Part shown: positions 41,061 to 55,649 of the stretch, one piece after another
Numbering within the stretch: position 1 is the first letter of the stretch
Layout of the letters: every line of letters starts with the position of its first letter
DNA from: the human T2T-CHM13v2.0 reference genome, Homo sapiens
Length of the DNA: 64,000 nt
Direction: 5' to 3' (one strand)
Assembly: GCF_009914755.1 (NCBI RefSeq)
Contig: NC_060925.1
Program-made: the position numbers and the translations under genes
The notes under the pieces: generated by a model
The model's input: the letters and a program-made list of their open reading frames with translations, nothing else
Database searches by the model: none
What the model was told of the DNA's origin: nothing

Positions 41061-42829
41061 ATTGAATACATAAAATTAAATGCCATTTTATTTTACTTTG
41101 CCACTGATATACTTTCTTGAAGAACATTTATCATGGAAAATATTTTCTCAATCATAAGACTATTTATTTTAAAGGTAGAATTGTAGTCAAAGGGAACTGT
41201 GATTTTCTTTGTCACTTCTTTTGAGTAGTTTAGAATTGTGATTTATGCTGCTGCCAAATATCTAGACATTTCTAAAGCAAATCTTAATTTTTCTAAAAAA
41301 AATGATAACCAGTGTAAATTAGTAATACTATTATGCTTTATTATATTTCATATTTATTCTTGTTTATAATATTTGCTTAATGAATTATCAATGGTGACAG
41401 AAGACAATATCTAATATAAGATGACTTACAAAGCACTTTGGCCTGTATGGTATGGCCACATTTATAATGGGTGTCGGTGTGGTACAGTGGGAAGAACATG
41501 GAAATTTCACAAATAATGTTTAAGTCTTTGCTTCAACTCTAGCTTACGATATTACTTATAAAAAAATTGTTGAGACATTATGAGTATCATTGGCCTGTTC
41601 TGTTAAATTTGTAACAAGCATAAGTCATGTATAATAATAATAAACAAAAAATAGATTGTTTTGAAAATTTCAAACTATAAAATATGAATGGAAAACATAA
41701 TTATATATAATTTTTTGCACATCAAAGCTATACTTATTTATTAGATTACATTTGTCTTTGATGACCTAGCTGATAGACTTTCCTTTTATAACATGAACTA
41801 TGATAAATTACTTTGGCATTTTTTTTTTCTTTGTACTACCGTGTAGCTCATAGGTACTAAATATGTTCTATTGCTGACACCCTAAATTTCTGACAACAAA
41901 TCACAAATATGTGATACATCTTTTAGGCTTCAATGTGGTTATAGTTATGAGCTTTTACACTTTTAAGTAGGTTTTCACTCATTTCTTAAGCAAATAAATT
42001 ATGACTGACTTCTACGTGATTCACATCTGTTAGATAGAAAAGATGCAATTGTGAGTAGGAGGTCCTTAAATTACTTTTTGATAAAGACAAAATAATTAGA
42101 AAACTAGATAAAAAACAAATATTTGATTGTAAGTAACTTCATAGTAGAAAAAATGTTCCAAACCTATTAAAAACTATTAAAATCTGTGTTAGTTGTTAAA
42201 TTGATTAATTGTTGAATGGCTGGAAGACTACTGACTGGGAGAAAGGAGCAGCTCATTTAGGATCTACTCATTCCCTTCAAATGTGAGTTGATGGTCACCT
42301 TGGTAAATACATAACATAATGCATTGATATTTGGAAGGAGGAAGAGACTTTATATTTCACTTTAACAAGATGCCCTGTACCTGTATGTCCTGATTTCCTA
42401 GGAAATATCGCTATGTCATGTAAGGAAGGCTATGCAACTCTCTGGGGGTATAAAATGATAATTTTAGTATTTAAAATTCCTCTCTAAATTAGGAATCCTT
42501 TGAACCTCCCATGGCTATTCTCATGCAAGAAGAACTTAAGAAATTGTCCTTTACCTCTCAAGACCTCTATCTGCTTCATCTGAGTCTTTGAATTGCCTGT
42601 ACCCTTGACATTAGTTAGTCAAGCTTAATGTGTGCGAGTCCAGTTTGACAATCTAATAATTGGTGTAAATTCAGCTATATCATGTATGGATAGATAAAAA
42701 AAGAAAATAAAATAGTTAAATTTAGATGCCTCTTTGTACATAAAGCAAGTAATCTTGTTTGTGTCTGCGTATGTGTGTCTGCATTGTTTGATATATGTTT
42801 TGACTACTTTTATTTGAATCTTTTCATAC

Positions 42830-42919
42830 TGCTATTTTATATATTCCCAAGTGCATTTAGGGAAGATATTGAATCAAATGTCAAGTCCAGTAACATACGT
42901 ATAGATGATCTGAACACAT
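42830..42919 (-). pseudogene. Candidate exon 4 (90 nt): MCSDHLYVCYWT*HLIQYLP*MHLGIYKIA
   Basis: Acceptor ttttcatttctgtgtctaagacag|ATG (an alternative AG 4 nt upstream would change the frame); donor GCA|gtatga; phase 0-0. Confidence 0.45.
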
Positions 42920-44229
42920 CTGTCTTAGACACAGAAATGAAAATAAGTTGTTTCCTATTTGGACAAAATTCATTCATCAAGATATAAAATAGGTGGGACA
43001 GACCACTCTTGCTGTGGGCCTCTAGGATCCTAGCTAAGAAAGATCCCACTACCCCTATAGACATTTGAATTGGCAGGGGGATATGCCCAGAGACTAGGCA
43101 GAGACAGAACTCAAGCCTGCAAAGAGCCCAGAGGGGATTCTGGGTGCAGGATAACTATGGTAGAGCATAGCCATATAAGCCTGTATGTTTTATGGATGAG
43201 CCATATGAGGCCATCCCTCAAGGTTCCCCATCTTCCTCCAAATTGCTCTATCTCCAGCTTATTATGGGACAAAGAGAAAGCAGTGCCAACTTTCTTGCAA
43301 GGGCATTTCTGATCTGTAGGCTCTCCTGCCTACTAGCCCCTTGCAAGACCCCTGCCTGGCCATTCCCACAGGAATATGTACACGGAGCAGCCTCTGCTGC
43401 CCAGACTGAGTGCATTGCAATTATCCCTACCATAGTAATTCCTGGTGGCCTGGGAGTACTTCAGATCCCCCAACAAAGCTGGTGTCCAAACACAGGAGCT
43501 TGGAAGGGGAAGCCAGGTGCTGGTGCCAGCACTCTAGAGCAGCAATGTGCAGCTTAGGAGTACCAAGCAGAGAGCTCTTCTCAGCACATGAGCAGGGGTG
43601 GAACTCCCACCCTCAGAACACAGAGAGGGGTGAGACATGTGGGCTTCTGGATTGGTCCAGGGGCAGGGCATTGTCTCCCACTGCATGGCCAGTCTAGGAA
43701 GTGTATGACCTCTCTGCCAGTTGCAGCCTCCAGCTGACAGGACTCTGATAGTCCAGAACATCTCACAAAAGAAATACAGGCACAGGACCGGTGATCACAA
43801 GGGGCTCCCCAAAGCCTAGGAGCAGACCTGGTGGGGGGATAATTCCTCTCCATCCTCAACACTGAGCACTACTGCAAATACAGCTGAGTAACTGCGTATC
43901 TGCCAGCAATTACTCTTAAGCAAAATCTACTGGTTTTCACCTCAAATTACAACACCAAAATATTCTGAAATTATACACCACGTATGAAATGCAGGGAAAG
44001 AATCATCTACTCACAAATGAAGATCCTGCACAGAGCCATAGCTCTCTGAAAATACCCACAAATGAAGCCAATTGACTATTCTCAGATTACAATACAATTA
44101 AAGAAACACTAGACCTCTCAGATAAGAAAAAAATTAGCATAAGAATGCTGGCAATCCAAACCATAAGAGTGTCCCCTTACCTCAAGAAGAGCACGCTAGC
44201 TCTCTAGCAGTAATTCTTAATCAGATTGA

Positions 44230-46482
44230 ATGCAGAAAAGGCCTTTGACAAAATTCAACAGCCCTTCATGCTAAAGACTCTCAATAAACTAGGTATTCAT
44301 GGGACATATCTCAAAATAATAAGAGCTATTTATGACAAACCGACAGCCAATATCATACTGAATGGGCAAAAACTGGAAGCATTCCCTTTGAAAACTGGCA
44401 CAAGAGAGGGGTGCCCTCTCTCACCACTCCTATTCAACATAGTGTTGGAAGTTCTGGCCAGGGCAATCAGGCAAGAGAAAGAAATAAAGGGTATTCAATT
44501 AGGAAAAGAGGAAGTCAAATTGTACCTGTTTGCAGATGACATGACTGTATATCTAGAAAACCCCATCATCTCAGCCCAAAATCTCCTTAAGCTGATAAGC
44601 AACTTCAGCAAAATCTCAGGATACAAAATCAATGTGCAAAAATCACAAGCATTCCTATGCACCAATAACAGACAAACGGAGAGCCAAATCATGAGAGAAC
44701 TCCCCTTCACAATTGCTTCAAAGAGAATAAAATACCTAAGAATCCAAATTACAAGGGATGTGAAGGACCTCTTCAAGGAGAACTACAAACCAATACCCAG
44801 CAAAATAAAAGAGGACACAAACAAATGGAAGAACATTCCATGCTCATGGATAGGAAGAATCAATATTGTGAAAATGGCCATACTGCCCAAGGTAATTTAT
44901 AGATTCAATGCCATCCCCATCAAGCTACCAATGACTTTCTTCACAGAATTGGAAAAAACTACTTTAAAGTTCATATGGAACCAAAAAAGAGCATGCACTG
45001 CCAAGACAATCCTAAGCAAAAAGAACAAAGCTGGAGGCATCACACTACCTGACTTCAAACTATACTACAAGGCTACAGTAACCAAAACAGCATGGTACTG
45101 GTACCAAAACAGAGATATAAACCAATGGAACAGAATAGAGCCCTCAGAAATAATACCACACATCTACAACCATCTGATGTTCGACAAACCTGACAAAAAC
45201 AAGAAATGGGGAAATGATTCCCTATTTAATAAATGGTGCTGGGAAAACTGGCTAGCCATATGTAGAAAGCTGAAACTGGATCCCTTCCTTACACCTTATA
45301 CAAAAATCAATTCAAGATTAATTAAAGACTTATATGTGAGATCTAAAACCATAAAATCCCTAGAAGAAAACCTAGGCAATACCATTCAGGTCATAGGCAT
45401 GGGCAAGGACTTCAGGACTAAAACACCAAAAGCAATGGCAACAAAAGCCAAAATTGACAAATCGGATCTAATTAAACTAAAGAGCTTCTGCACAGCAAAA
45501 GAAACGACCATCAGAGTGAACAGGCAACCTACAGAATGGGAGAAAATTTTTACAATCTACCTTTCTGACAAAGGACTAATATCCAGAATCTACAAAGAAC
45601 TCAAACAAATTTACAAGAAAAAATCAAACAACTCCATCAACAAGTGGGTGAAGGATATGAACAGACACTTCTCAAAAGAAGACATATATGCAGCCAAAAA
45701 AACACATGAAAAATTGCTCATCATCACTGGCCATCAGAGAAATGCAAATCAAAACCACAATGAGATACCATCTCACACCAGTTAGAATGGCAATCATTAA
45801 AAAGTCAGGAAACAACAGGTGCTGGAGAGGATGTGGAGAAATAGGAACACTTTTACACTGTTGGTGGGACTGTAAACTAGTTCAACCATTTTGGAAGACA
45901 GTGTGGCGATTCCTCAAGGATCTAGAACTAGAAATACCATTTGACCCAGCCATCCCATTACTGGGCATATACCCAAAGGATTATAAATCATGCTGCTATA
46001 AAGAGTTATGCACACATATGTTTATAGCAGCATTATTCACAATAGCAAAGACTTGGAACCAACCCAAATGTCCATCAATGATAGACTGGATTAAGAAAAT
46101 GTGGCACATATACACCATGGAATACTATGCAGCTATAAAAAAGGATGAGTTCATGTCCTTTATAGGGACATGGATGTAGCTGGAAACCATCATTCTGAGC
46201 AAACTATCCCAAGGACAGAAAACCAAACACCGCATGTTCTCACTCATAGGTGGGAATTGAACAATGGGAACACATGGACACAGGGTGGGGAACATCACAC
46301 ACCCGGGGCCTGCCAGGGGGTGGGGAGAGGGGGGAGGGATAGCATTAGGAGATATACCTAAGGTAAATGATGAGTTAATGGATGTAGCACACCAACATGG
46401 CACATGTATACATATGTAACAAACCTGCACATTGTGCACATGTACCCTAGAACTTAAAGCAAAATAATAATTTAAAAAATAA

Positions 46483-46517
<35 letters not shown>

Positions 46518-46518
46518 A
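44230..46518 (+). mobile_element. 5'-truncated L1PA5-like element (RT C-terminal half, Cys-rich domain, 3'UTR, (TAAA)n tail)
   Basis: ORF 44226..45785 ([20 protein letters not shown]) is frameshifted into ORF 45688..46179 (HCWWDC); 3'UTR GGAGATATACCTAA...CCCTAGAACTTAAAG. Confidence 0.96.
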
Positions 46519-47030
46519 TGGGATAAAGAAAAGGTTAAGACAGTTGTAGTAAAACAACTTGAACAACAAATTTCATAAGGATGAAATATGAGAGAACATT
46601 GAACATTCTCCCTCTTGGTATTTGGTTCTTAAATACAATTCTAAGACATTGTTAAAAAAAAAAGTGGGAAAAATTCCAAACTATAGTTTTTTAGTATTAC
46701 ATATTTCAGTGAATTATATTTTAGTGTCAAAAAATTCTCATGAACAACTAAATGTACAGAACTCTTTGATATACCAAGATATGACTTTACAACTTCTTTT
46801 AATGTAATACACTTTAGTGTCTAAAAAGCATCACTAATTTAATATTAGAAATTCTACTCAATCCAAGTAAAATATATGTATTCCAGATCTTTGCCCTATT
46901 AAAAATGGAAAATCAGATTCCCAATTTAAAAAAATTATAAGCACAAAGATTTCTTTAAAAATCCTTAACTTTTTTTTCTCTTGACTTCTTCACTTAACTA
47001 AATAAATACCAATTAAAAGTTTAAAAAAAA
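46519..47030 (+). other. Candidate L1 3' transduction (~500 bp unique sequence with a second poly(A))
   Basis: Non-L1 sequence between the young L1 tail and the resumption of the host L1; AATAAA at 47001 and A8 at 47023-47030. Confidence 0.75.
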
Positions 47031-50000
47031 TAGAAATGACAGACATAGAATTCAGAAAGTTCACTGAGATTCAGGATAATGTGGAAACCAAATCCAAGAA
47101 ATCCAGTAAAATAACCCAAGAACTGAAAGATGAAATAGCCATTTTAATAAAGAACCAAACTGAACTTCATGGAATTAAAAAATTTACGAAAAGAATTTTG
47201 TAATTATGTCAGAAGAATTAACAGCAAAACAGATGAAGCTAAGGAAAGAATTTCAGAGCTTGAAGGCTGTTCCTTCAAATCAACTCAGATAAAAATATAG
47301 AAAAAAGAATCTTATAAAATGTACAAAAGCCTCTAAGCAATATGGTATTATGTAAGGAGCCCAAACCTCTGACTCACTGGCATTTCAGAAAGAGGAGAAA
47401 AAGTAAATGACTTGGAAAACATATTTGAGGATATAGTCCACAATAATTTCCCCAATATAGCTAGAGAAGTTGACATGAAAATTTAATAAATGAAGAGAAC
47501 ATTAATGAGATACTATGCAAGACAACCATCCCCAAGGAAATTAGTCATCCAGTTCACCAAGGTAAATGTGAAAGAAAAAAATCTTAAAGGCAGCTAGAGA
47601 GAAGGGATAAGTCATGTAAAAAGGAAATCCCATGAGGCTAGCAATTAACTTCTCAGTAGAAACCTTACAAGCCAAGAGAGATTGGGGGCCTATTTTCACC
47701 ATACTTAAAGCAAAGAAATGTTAACCAAGAATTTCATATCCCACCAAATTAAACTTCATGAGTGAAGGAGAAATAAAATCTTTCTTAGACAAGCAAATGC
47801 TATTGGAACTCATTACTACTAGACCAGCCTTACAAGAGGTCATTAAGGGAGTGTGAAACAAGGAAAGGAAAGAATGGTACCTGCTATCACAAAAAGACAC
47901 TTGAGCACCTAGCCCATAGACACTATAAAGAAACAATGCAATCAAGTCTACATAACTAGCAAACAACATAATAACAGAATCAAATCTTGACATATCAATA
48001 CTAAACCTGAATGTAAATGATCTCAATGTCCTATTTAAAAGGCATATAGTGGAAGCCCAGATAAAAAGAGAAGACTTAACTATCTGCTGTCTTCAAGAAA
48101 CCCATCTCACAAGTAACAACACCCACAGGCTCAAAGTAAAGAAATGGAGAGTGATCTACCATGCATACAGAAAAAAAGAGAGTAGAAGCAGCAATTCTTA
48201 TATTTGAAAACCCAGACTTCAAACCAACACAATATAAGAAGGACAAAGAAGAACATTACATAATAATAAAAGATTTAATTCAAAAATAAAACTGAGCTAT
48301 CCTAAATATATATGTACCCAACATTGGAGCTCCCAGATTCATAAAACAAGTTCTTTGTGACCTACAAAAGGACTTTGGTAGCTACACAGTAATAATGGGA
48401 GGCTACAGCTCCTTACCGACAGTGTTAGAGAGATCATCAAGGAAGAAAACTAACAAAGAAACCCTGTCTACTCAACTAAGTGAACCTGATAGACTCAACA
48501 AGAATACATTTTTTTTCTCATCTGCAAAAAGAACATATTCTAAGATCAACCACATGTGTGGTCATAAAGTCAGTCTTAATAAATTCAAAACAATCAAAAT
48601 CATATTAAGTACACTCTCAGGCAACAGCAGAATAAAAATAGAAATCAATACAAAGAAGATCTCTCAAAACTATGCAAATATATGGAAATTAAACAATTTT
48701 CTTCTGAATAACTCGGGTGAACAATGAAATTAAGGCATGAATACAAAATATTTAAAATTAATGAAAGTATAGAAATAACTTTTTAAAATCTTTGAGATGC
48801 AGCAAAAGCATTATTAAAAGGAAAGTTCATTGCACTAAACACCTTCATCTAATAGAAAGATCTCAGACTAGCAATCTAACTTTATATCTAGAGGAACTAG
48901 AACAAAAGAGCAAACCAACCTCTTAGCTAGCAGAAGAAAAGAAATAACTAAATCAGGAAAGAACCACACAAAATTGAGATGCACAAATCCATACAAAAGG
49001 TGCATGAAACCAAGGGCTGGTCCTTCAAAAAAATAAACAAGGTTGATAAACTGCTAACTAGATTAGCAAATGGAAAAACAGAGAAGATCCAAATAAGCAC
49101 AATCAGAAATAACAAAGATGACATGACAACCAATTGCACAAAAATACAAGGATCCTCAGAGACTGTTTTATACACCTCTATACACATGAATTAGGAAATC
49201 TAGAGGAAATAGATAAGTTCCTGGAAATACACAACCTCCCAAGATTTAACCAGGAAGAAAGTGAACACATAAACAGATCATCAACAAGTTCCAAAGTTGA
49301 ATCAATAATAAAATCTCTACTATCCAAAAAAAAAATTGGACCAGATGGATTCACATCTGAATTCTACCAGACATACAAAGAAGAACTACTATCAATACTA
49401 CTGAAATGTTTGCAAAAAATTGAGGAGTAGGTTTTCCATACCTCATTCTATGAAGGCAGTATTAGCATCAGCCTGATACCAAAATCTTGCAGAGACACAA
49501 CAGTAAAAGAAAACATTAGATCAATATCCCTGATGAACACAGATGCAAAAATCCTCAACAAAATACTAGCAAACAGAGTCCTGAAATAATTCAAAAATTA
49601 ATTCACTGCAATCAACTGGGCTTCACTCCTGGGATACAAGGTTGGTTCAACATATGCAAATCAATAAATGTCATTCACCACATAAACAGAATTAAAAATA
49701 GAAACCATATGATCATCTTAATAGACATAGAATAAGCTTTTGATCAAATCCAATATTCCTTCATGATAAAAATCCTCACAGACTAGGCATTGAAGTAACA
49801 CACCTCAAAATAATAACACTCATCCATGACAAACCCACAGCCAGCATTATACTAAATGGGAAAAAGCTGCAACTATTTTCCTTAAGAACTGGATCAAGAT
49901 ATGTATGACTGCTTTTGCCACTCCTATTCAACATAGTACTAGAAGTCCTAGCCAGAACAATTAGACAACAGAAAGAAATAAAAGTTATCCATGTAGGAAA

Positions 50001-51125
50001 GGAAGAAGTCAAACTATATTTTTTCATTGGTGATATGATTTATACCTAGAAAACCCTAAAGATTCTGCCAAAAGGCTTCTAGAACAGATAAATGAATTTG
50101 GTAAAGTTTCGGATACAAAATCAATTTCCAAAATCATTAACATTTCTATACACCAATAATGTTTTAGCTGACAGTTGAATCAAAAACACAATTCCATGTA
50201 ACATAACTACAAAAAAGAAGTACCTAGGAATACAGCTAACCAAGGAGGTCGAAGATTTCTACAAGAGAACTGTAGAACACTGCTGAATGATATCAGTGAT
50301 GACATAAATAAATGGAAAAGTATTCCATGCTCACTGGAACTGGAAGAATCAATATTGTTAAAATGGCCACAATGTCCGAAGCAATTTATAGATTCAATGC
50401 TTTGCCTACAAAAGTACCAACATTATTTTTCACAGAAATAGGAAAACCTATTCTAAAATTCATATGGAATAATAAAAGAGCCCAAATAGTCAAAGCAATC
50501 CTAAACAAAAAGAGCAAAGCCAGAGGCATCACATTACCAGACTTCAAACTGTACTATAAGGCAGTTTGAACCTACCTTAAATAAACTAAAAAAAAAAAAA
50601 AAAAAAATGATACTGGTACAAACACAGACACATAGACCAATGGAACACAATAGAGAACCCAGAAACAAAGCCACACACCTGCAACCATCTGATCTTTAAC
50701 AAAGTCGATGAAAACAAGCAATGAGGAAAGAAATTCCTATTCAATAACTTGTGTTGGTATAACTGGCTAGCCATATGCAGAAGAATGAAACAACTCCCAC
50801 CTTTCAACATATACAAAAATTAACTCAAGATAGATTAAAACTTAAATGTAAGATATCAAGTTATAAAAATCCTTGGTGAAAATCCAGGAAATACCCTTCT
50901 CAACACGGGCCTTAGGAAAGAATTTTCAGCTAAGTCCACAAAAGCAATTTCAACAAAAACCAAAAGTGACAAGTGAGACTGAATTAAACTAAAGAGATTC
51001 TGCATGGAAAAAAGAATTACCAACAGAGTATACAGACAGACTACAGAATGGGAGAAAATATTCACAAACTGTACATCTAATAAAGGGCTAATATCCAGAA
51101 TCTATAAGGAACTTCATCATCAAAA

Positions 51126-51167
<42 letters not shown>

Positions 51168-53158
51168 AAAAATGGGCAAAAAACATGAACAGGCACTTCT
51201 CAAAAGAAGACATACAAGTGACCAACAAACATGTTGAAATGGTCAACATCACTAATCATCAGAGAAATGCAAATCAAAACCACAATGAGACACCATCTTA
51301 CACCAATCAGAATGGCTATTATTAAAAAGTCAAAAAACAACATATGCTGGTGAAGCTATGGAGAAAAGGAAACCCTTATATTCTTTTGGTGGGAATGTAA
51401 ATGAATTCAGCCACTGTGAAAAGTTGTTCGGAGACATCTCAAATAACTTAAGAGAGAGCTATCCTTAGACCCAGCAGTCCCATTATTGGATCTACATTTG
51501 GGTATATATTGTATATACCCAAAGGAAAATAAATCATCCAACCAAAAAGTTACATGCACAGTGTTATTCACAATAGCAAAGCCACAGAATCAACCTACAT
51601 GCCCATCAAATGGTGGATTGAATAAAGGAAATGTGGTACACATACACCATGGAATACTAAGCAGTCATTCAAAGGTAAGAAATCATGTTCTTTGCAGCAA
51701 CATAGATGCAGGTGGATGCCATTATCCCGAGCAAATTAAAGCATGAACAGAAAAAAAAAAAACAAAAAAAATGTTCTCACTTTCAAGTGGGAGCTAAACA
51801 TTGAGAACACATGGATATAAAGGGAAGAACAATAGACACTGGGGGCTATTAGAAGGGGGAGAGAATGGGAGACATGGGCTGAAAAATACCTATCCAGTAC
51901 TATGTTCACAACCTGGGTGACTAGATTATCTGTACCCTAACCCTCCGCATCATGCAACACACCCATTTAACAAACCTGTACTTGTACACCCTGAGTCTAA
52001 AATAAAAGTGGAAATTATTTTTAAAAAGGTATCTTCTTGAGAAAAATAGCTATCTTTGGTCTTTTTCATTAAAAGCAATAAACACAAAACTAGTAGTTAC
52101 ATAATGAATCCTGTATTTATTTATTTATCTCCCTTTTCTTGCCTAGTTGCTGACAATTTTATACTGCTAAGAATGACACACTTCTATGTTCTCACATACA
52201 GCCAATTTGTACCACAATAAAGATTTCACATACTAAAATGAGAGAAGATATATAACATCTCAATCTCATTTTTCTTGATAAAACAAAAGATTGTAAACCC
52301 TGTTTGTTCTCTGTAACTTAAGACAGGGGACAATTTTAAATATATCATTTCCAGCTGCTTATATATGTTATCCATGAAAGATTATGCATTTCTGTTTATT
52401 TTTAAACTCGTATACACTAAACAATCTGTCAAAAATATTTGCATTAAACATCATATACCTTTCTAGACAATCTAGTTCCTACAAATGCCATTATGGAATT
52501 TCCTGAGTTTCTTCCTAGTATTAATACTAGTATTAACTAGTATTAGCTAGTTAGGAAATAAGAAAAAGTAGCTAAACATTTTAAGAAGTTTGCCTAGGTT
52601 TCGAAGTACAGAACATTCTATTTAACTTAATTGTGAAGCTGTGCAAAGAGGATAATATAAGTATCTTAGCTGTATATTTTTAAGCCACTCAGTGTTTGTA
52701 TTATTTAATAATACCAGACCAGATCCCTAATTGAATATATGCAACAGCAAATTTTCTAGGAAATGTCCTCTATTTATTTACAATATAAAGTAACTTTTCT
52801 TATTAAGTATTGTGAATTAAGGCTAAAATTAATCGTTCTTAAAACAATCTTTCTCAATCACTTCAAACTATTAAATATATCTCAATTAAGGGTTATGAAT
52901 TTCATCCTTTCTGAGCTCTCAGCTTGCTTTGCCTTTTGTGTCCTGTATGGCTGTCAAACTAAGAACTGTCTAATATTATGCCAACTGTTTTAATATAAAA
53001 GAAACACTTCAAAATGTGAATAGCGTTAGTAAAATAATATAAAACAGAGTCATTATTAGAAAAATGTGCTTTTTCTGAACATGAATAATTTCTGGTACCT
53101 GCATAGAATGAATTCAATTTTATTGGTTGAATTTGTAGATTCAACTATTAAGTCTCAC

Positions 53159-53266
53159 CTGCTTCAAATCTCTCCATAACATGGATTCATGGGGATCTTA
53201 TATAAATTTGAGGTACTGCTCATATTTATGGTTTCATTTGTATAGGAGGAAAAATATTTTCCTTAT
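53159..53266 (-). pseudogene. Candidate exon 3 (108 nt): IRKIFFLLYK*NHKYEQYLKFI*DPHESMLWRDLKQ
   Basis: Acceptor tttcttctatttaag|ATA, strong donor CAG|gtgaga; phase 0-0. Confidence 0.55.
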
Positions 53267-53962
53267 CTTAAATAGAAGAAACATCTGTTGGTATGTCAAG
53301 TAGTTCATTCATATCCAAAAGAATATTCTTGCCTCAGAACTAAATTTTTAATTATTGGCTAAATATAGCCCTTTATAGCCTAATTAAGAGAAGACAGATG
53401 TACACATAAAAACTAAGATAATTTCAAAATTAATAAGAATTGTAATATATATTCTACTAAAAACAAGATTCATAAAGCTCCATGCATCTGCATAATTGGA
53501 TCCCGGCAGATGAGGTATCTCTTTTTTCAATATCACTAAACATTCTTCAATGAAAGATTTGTAATATTTCTAAATCAAAGATTTTATAAAGCATATATAC
53601 TATTATTTTAAAAATTATAGTGTGTGACCTATCATTAATAGATAAACAAGAAGGTCATTCAAATAATAAAGTCCAGCATTTTTTTACATACTGGGTACAT
53701 CCTCCTTTTACTCTTGGCTACTGGTTGCTCATATATGCAAATAATATTCTATTTACACTATTAACATTAGTTTATGGTTTGTAACTATTAAAACTGCACT
53801 CATATTAACTATTAATTTTCACATTTGTTGATAAATATAACATCATTTTCATGTGTACCTTTTTATAGGCAATAAGTATATTGCCTATAAATATACATAT
53901 TGCCTGTAAAATGTATACATAGCTAATGCACACACAAACACACACACACACAGACACACAAG

Positions 53963-54256
53963 CTCTCGTGTGCTGCATAATGATGTTTCAGTCAATGACA
54001 AACCACATATAGAATGGTCTTCCCATTAGATTATAATACCGTATTTTTGCTGTACTTTCTCTATGTTTAGCTATGTTAAGATACACAAATACTTGTTGTG
54101 TTACAATGGCCTACAATATTCAGTACAGTAGCATGCAGCACAGGTTTGCAGCCTAGGAGCAATAGTCTATACCATATAGCTTAGGTGTGGATGAAATTGC
54201 CTAAGGACCATGTATTTCTCAGAATGTATCCTTGTCATTAAGTGACGCATGACTGT
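53963..54256 (+). mobile_element. Tigger3a-like MITE, preceded by (CA)n at 53929-53960
   Basis: GCATAATGATGTTTCAGTCAATGAC...GCCTAGGAGCAATAG...TTAAGTGACGCATGACTG. Confidence 0.88.
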
Positions 54257-54850
54257 GCATGTGTATATATATATTCAACACAGTCACTAAAATGTTGGTG
54301 TATTGGTAGGTTTTATATATACATATATATAAATGTGTATATATGTATCTTCATGTTTTATATATACATATATAAATGTGTGTGTGTGTGTATAACCTAC
54401 CAGTACACCAACAATTTAGTGTAATACTGCAGTTTAAGTAGTGAACAATGGGGCTTCAAATAGATTTTGGTAATGATCAATGAATTAATTCATTAGCATA
54501 TGAGATGCACTGGTGAAATAGAAAGCTTAGCTAGCCAAACATTGTTCAACAGATTTCTATCAGGTAAAGTGAAAATGTAACAAAATGAGTATTAGCCAGT
54601 CTCTAAAGTTGTCCCAGCCAATAATTCTATAATCTCTTAAGTCTTATACTGTAGGCATAAGGTTACAGAAATTAGTCTGTAACTTACCTAATAATAAAAA
54701 ACCCCCACAAATCACATAGAATATTTCATGCATTCAATTTAAAATTCCTATCACTTAATTACACATGAACATTTTTATAGAAGTTTGTAGTAACATTATT
54801 CATATATTTTAGTGAATTAAATAAACAGATTTTTATTATAAACTTTATAC

Positions 54851-55194
54851 CTGGTCCTGCAAGTGAAAATGCATTTAGTAAATAGCTAAAGCAGAATCTT
54901 GATTACAAACTTTACTTTCTGTTTCTCAAAACAGCATAGGTTTCTCAAGCAATTGTTTTTCCTCAGCTGGTTTGGAATGATGTGGTGAAAGATGTTAACA
55001 TATTCATATTTTTTCATATATAAATCCGGGAGTAATTGACTCTGTTTTGTGGAAGATGATGTATTCACCATCTCTTATTTTGTTATCACCGTCATCTGAT
55101 GGTTTGTTTTGTGAAAAAGGCAAAGTGCAGCTGTCTCAAATGTGAATTACAGTATAGAGGGTCATAGCGACTTCATCTTGGATAAAATATGTAT
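54851..55194 (-). pseudogene. Candidate exon 2 (344 nt): (D)TYFIQDEVAMTLYTVIHI*DSCTLPFSQNKPSDDGDNKIRDGEYIIFHKTESITPGFIYEKI*IC*HLSPHHSKPAEEKQLLEKPMLF*ETESKVCNQDSALAIY*MHFHLQDQ
   Basis: Acceptor ttcaattttattag|AT, donor CAG|gtataa; phase 1-0; several CpGs; 5 stops, so coding support is weak. Confidence 0.4.
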
Positions 55195-55649
55195 CTAATA
55201 AAATTGAATACTTTTTTTTAGCTTTCCCTTTGTGTGCTTATGCCCAGGCAGATACCATATTATAATTCTGGATAGTTATTTAATTTTTTTTTCAGACAGT
55301 AACTCTGATTTTCCCCGTGCAAGAGGTGTACTTTGCTAACATGGGAGGTACATCAATTCTTTCAGAATATCAGAGTTGATTTAATATGATTTTTCCCTCA
55401 CTCTCTCTTCCTCTTTCTGTTAACTTAGGGAAGGCCAAATATTTTCAAATTTAGTTATTCTCCTATTTATGTTTGCCAGAAAAATCAAATGAAAATGCAA
55501 TGGAAAAACAGAAGAACACCTGAAATAAGAATAGAAAAAAAAGACGTTATTAATTATCTTCCTGACAGAATGAACTGGTAAAAATGAATTAACCACTTTG
55601 GACTGTAATCTTCACAGCAGTTGAAAGTTGATAATTTCTGGTAGTCATA

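Larger units (their letters stand above)
42993..52027 (+). mobile_element. Near full-length degenerate old L1P (L1PA15/16-like), split at 44229/47031 by a younger insertion
   Basis: 5'UTR similar to the 10.6-kb copy (GGATCCTAGCT...GATCCCAC); ORF1 resumes GAAATGACAGACATAGAATTCAG at 47033; 3' end CTGAGTCTAAAATAAAAGTGGAAATT. Confidence 0.9.

Noticed and set aside
44226-46179. 519-aa and 163-aa ORFs as a functional reverse transcriptase gene
   Set aside because: 5'-truncated L1 ORF2 lacking promoter, ORF1, endonuclease and RT N-terminus, and frameshifted near 45690.
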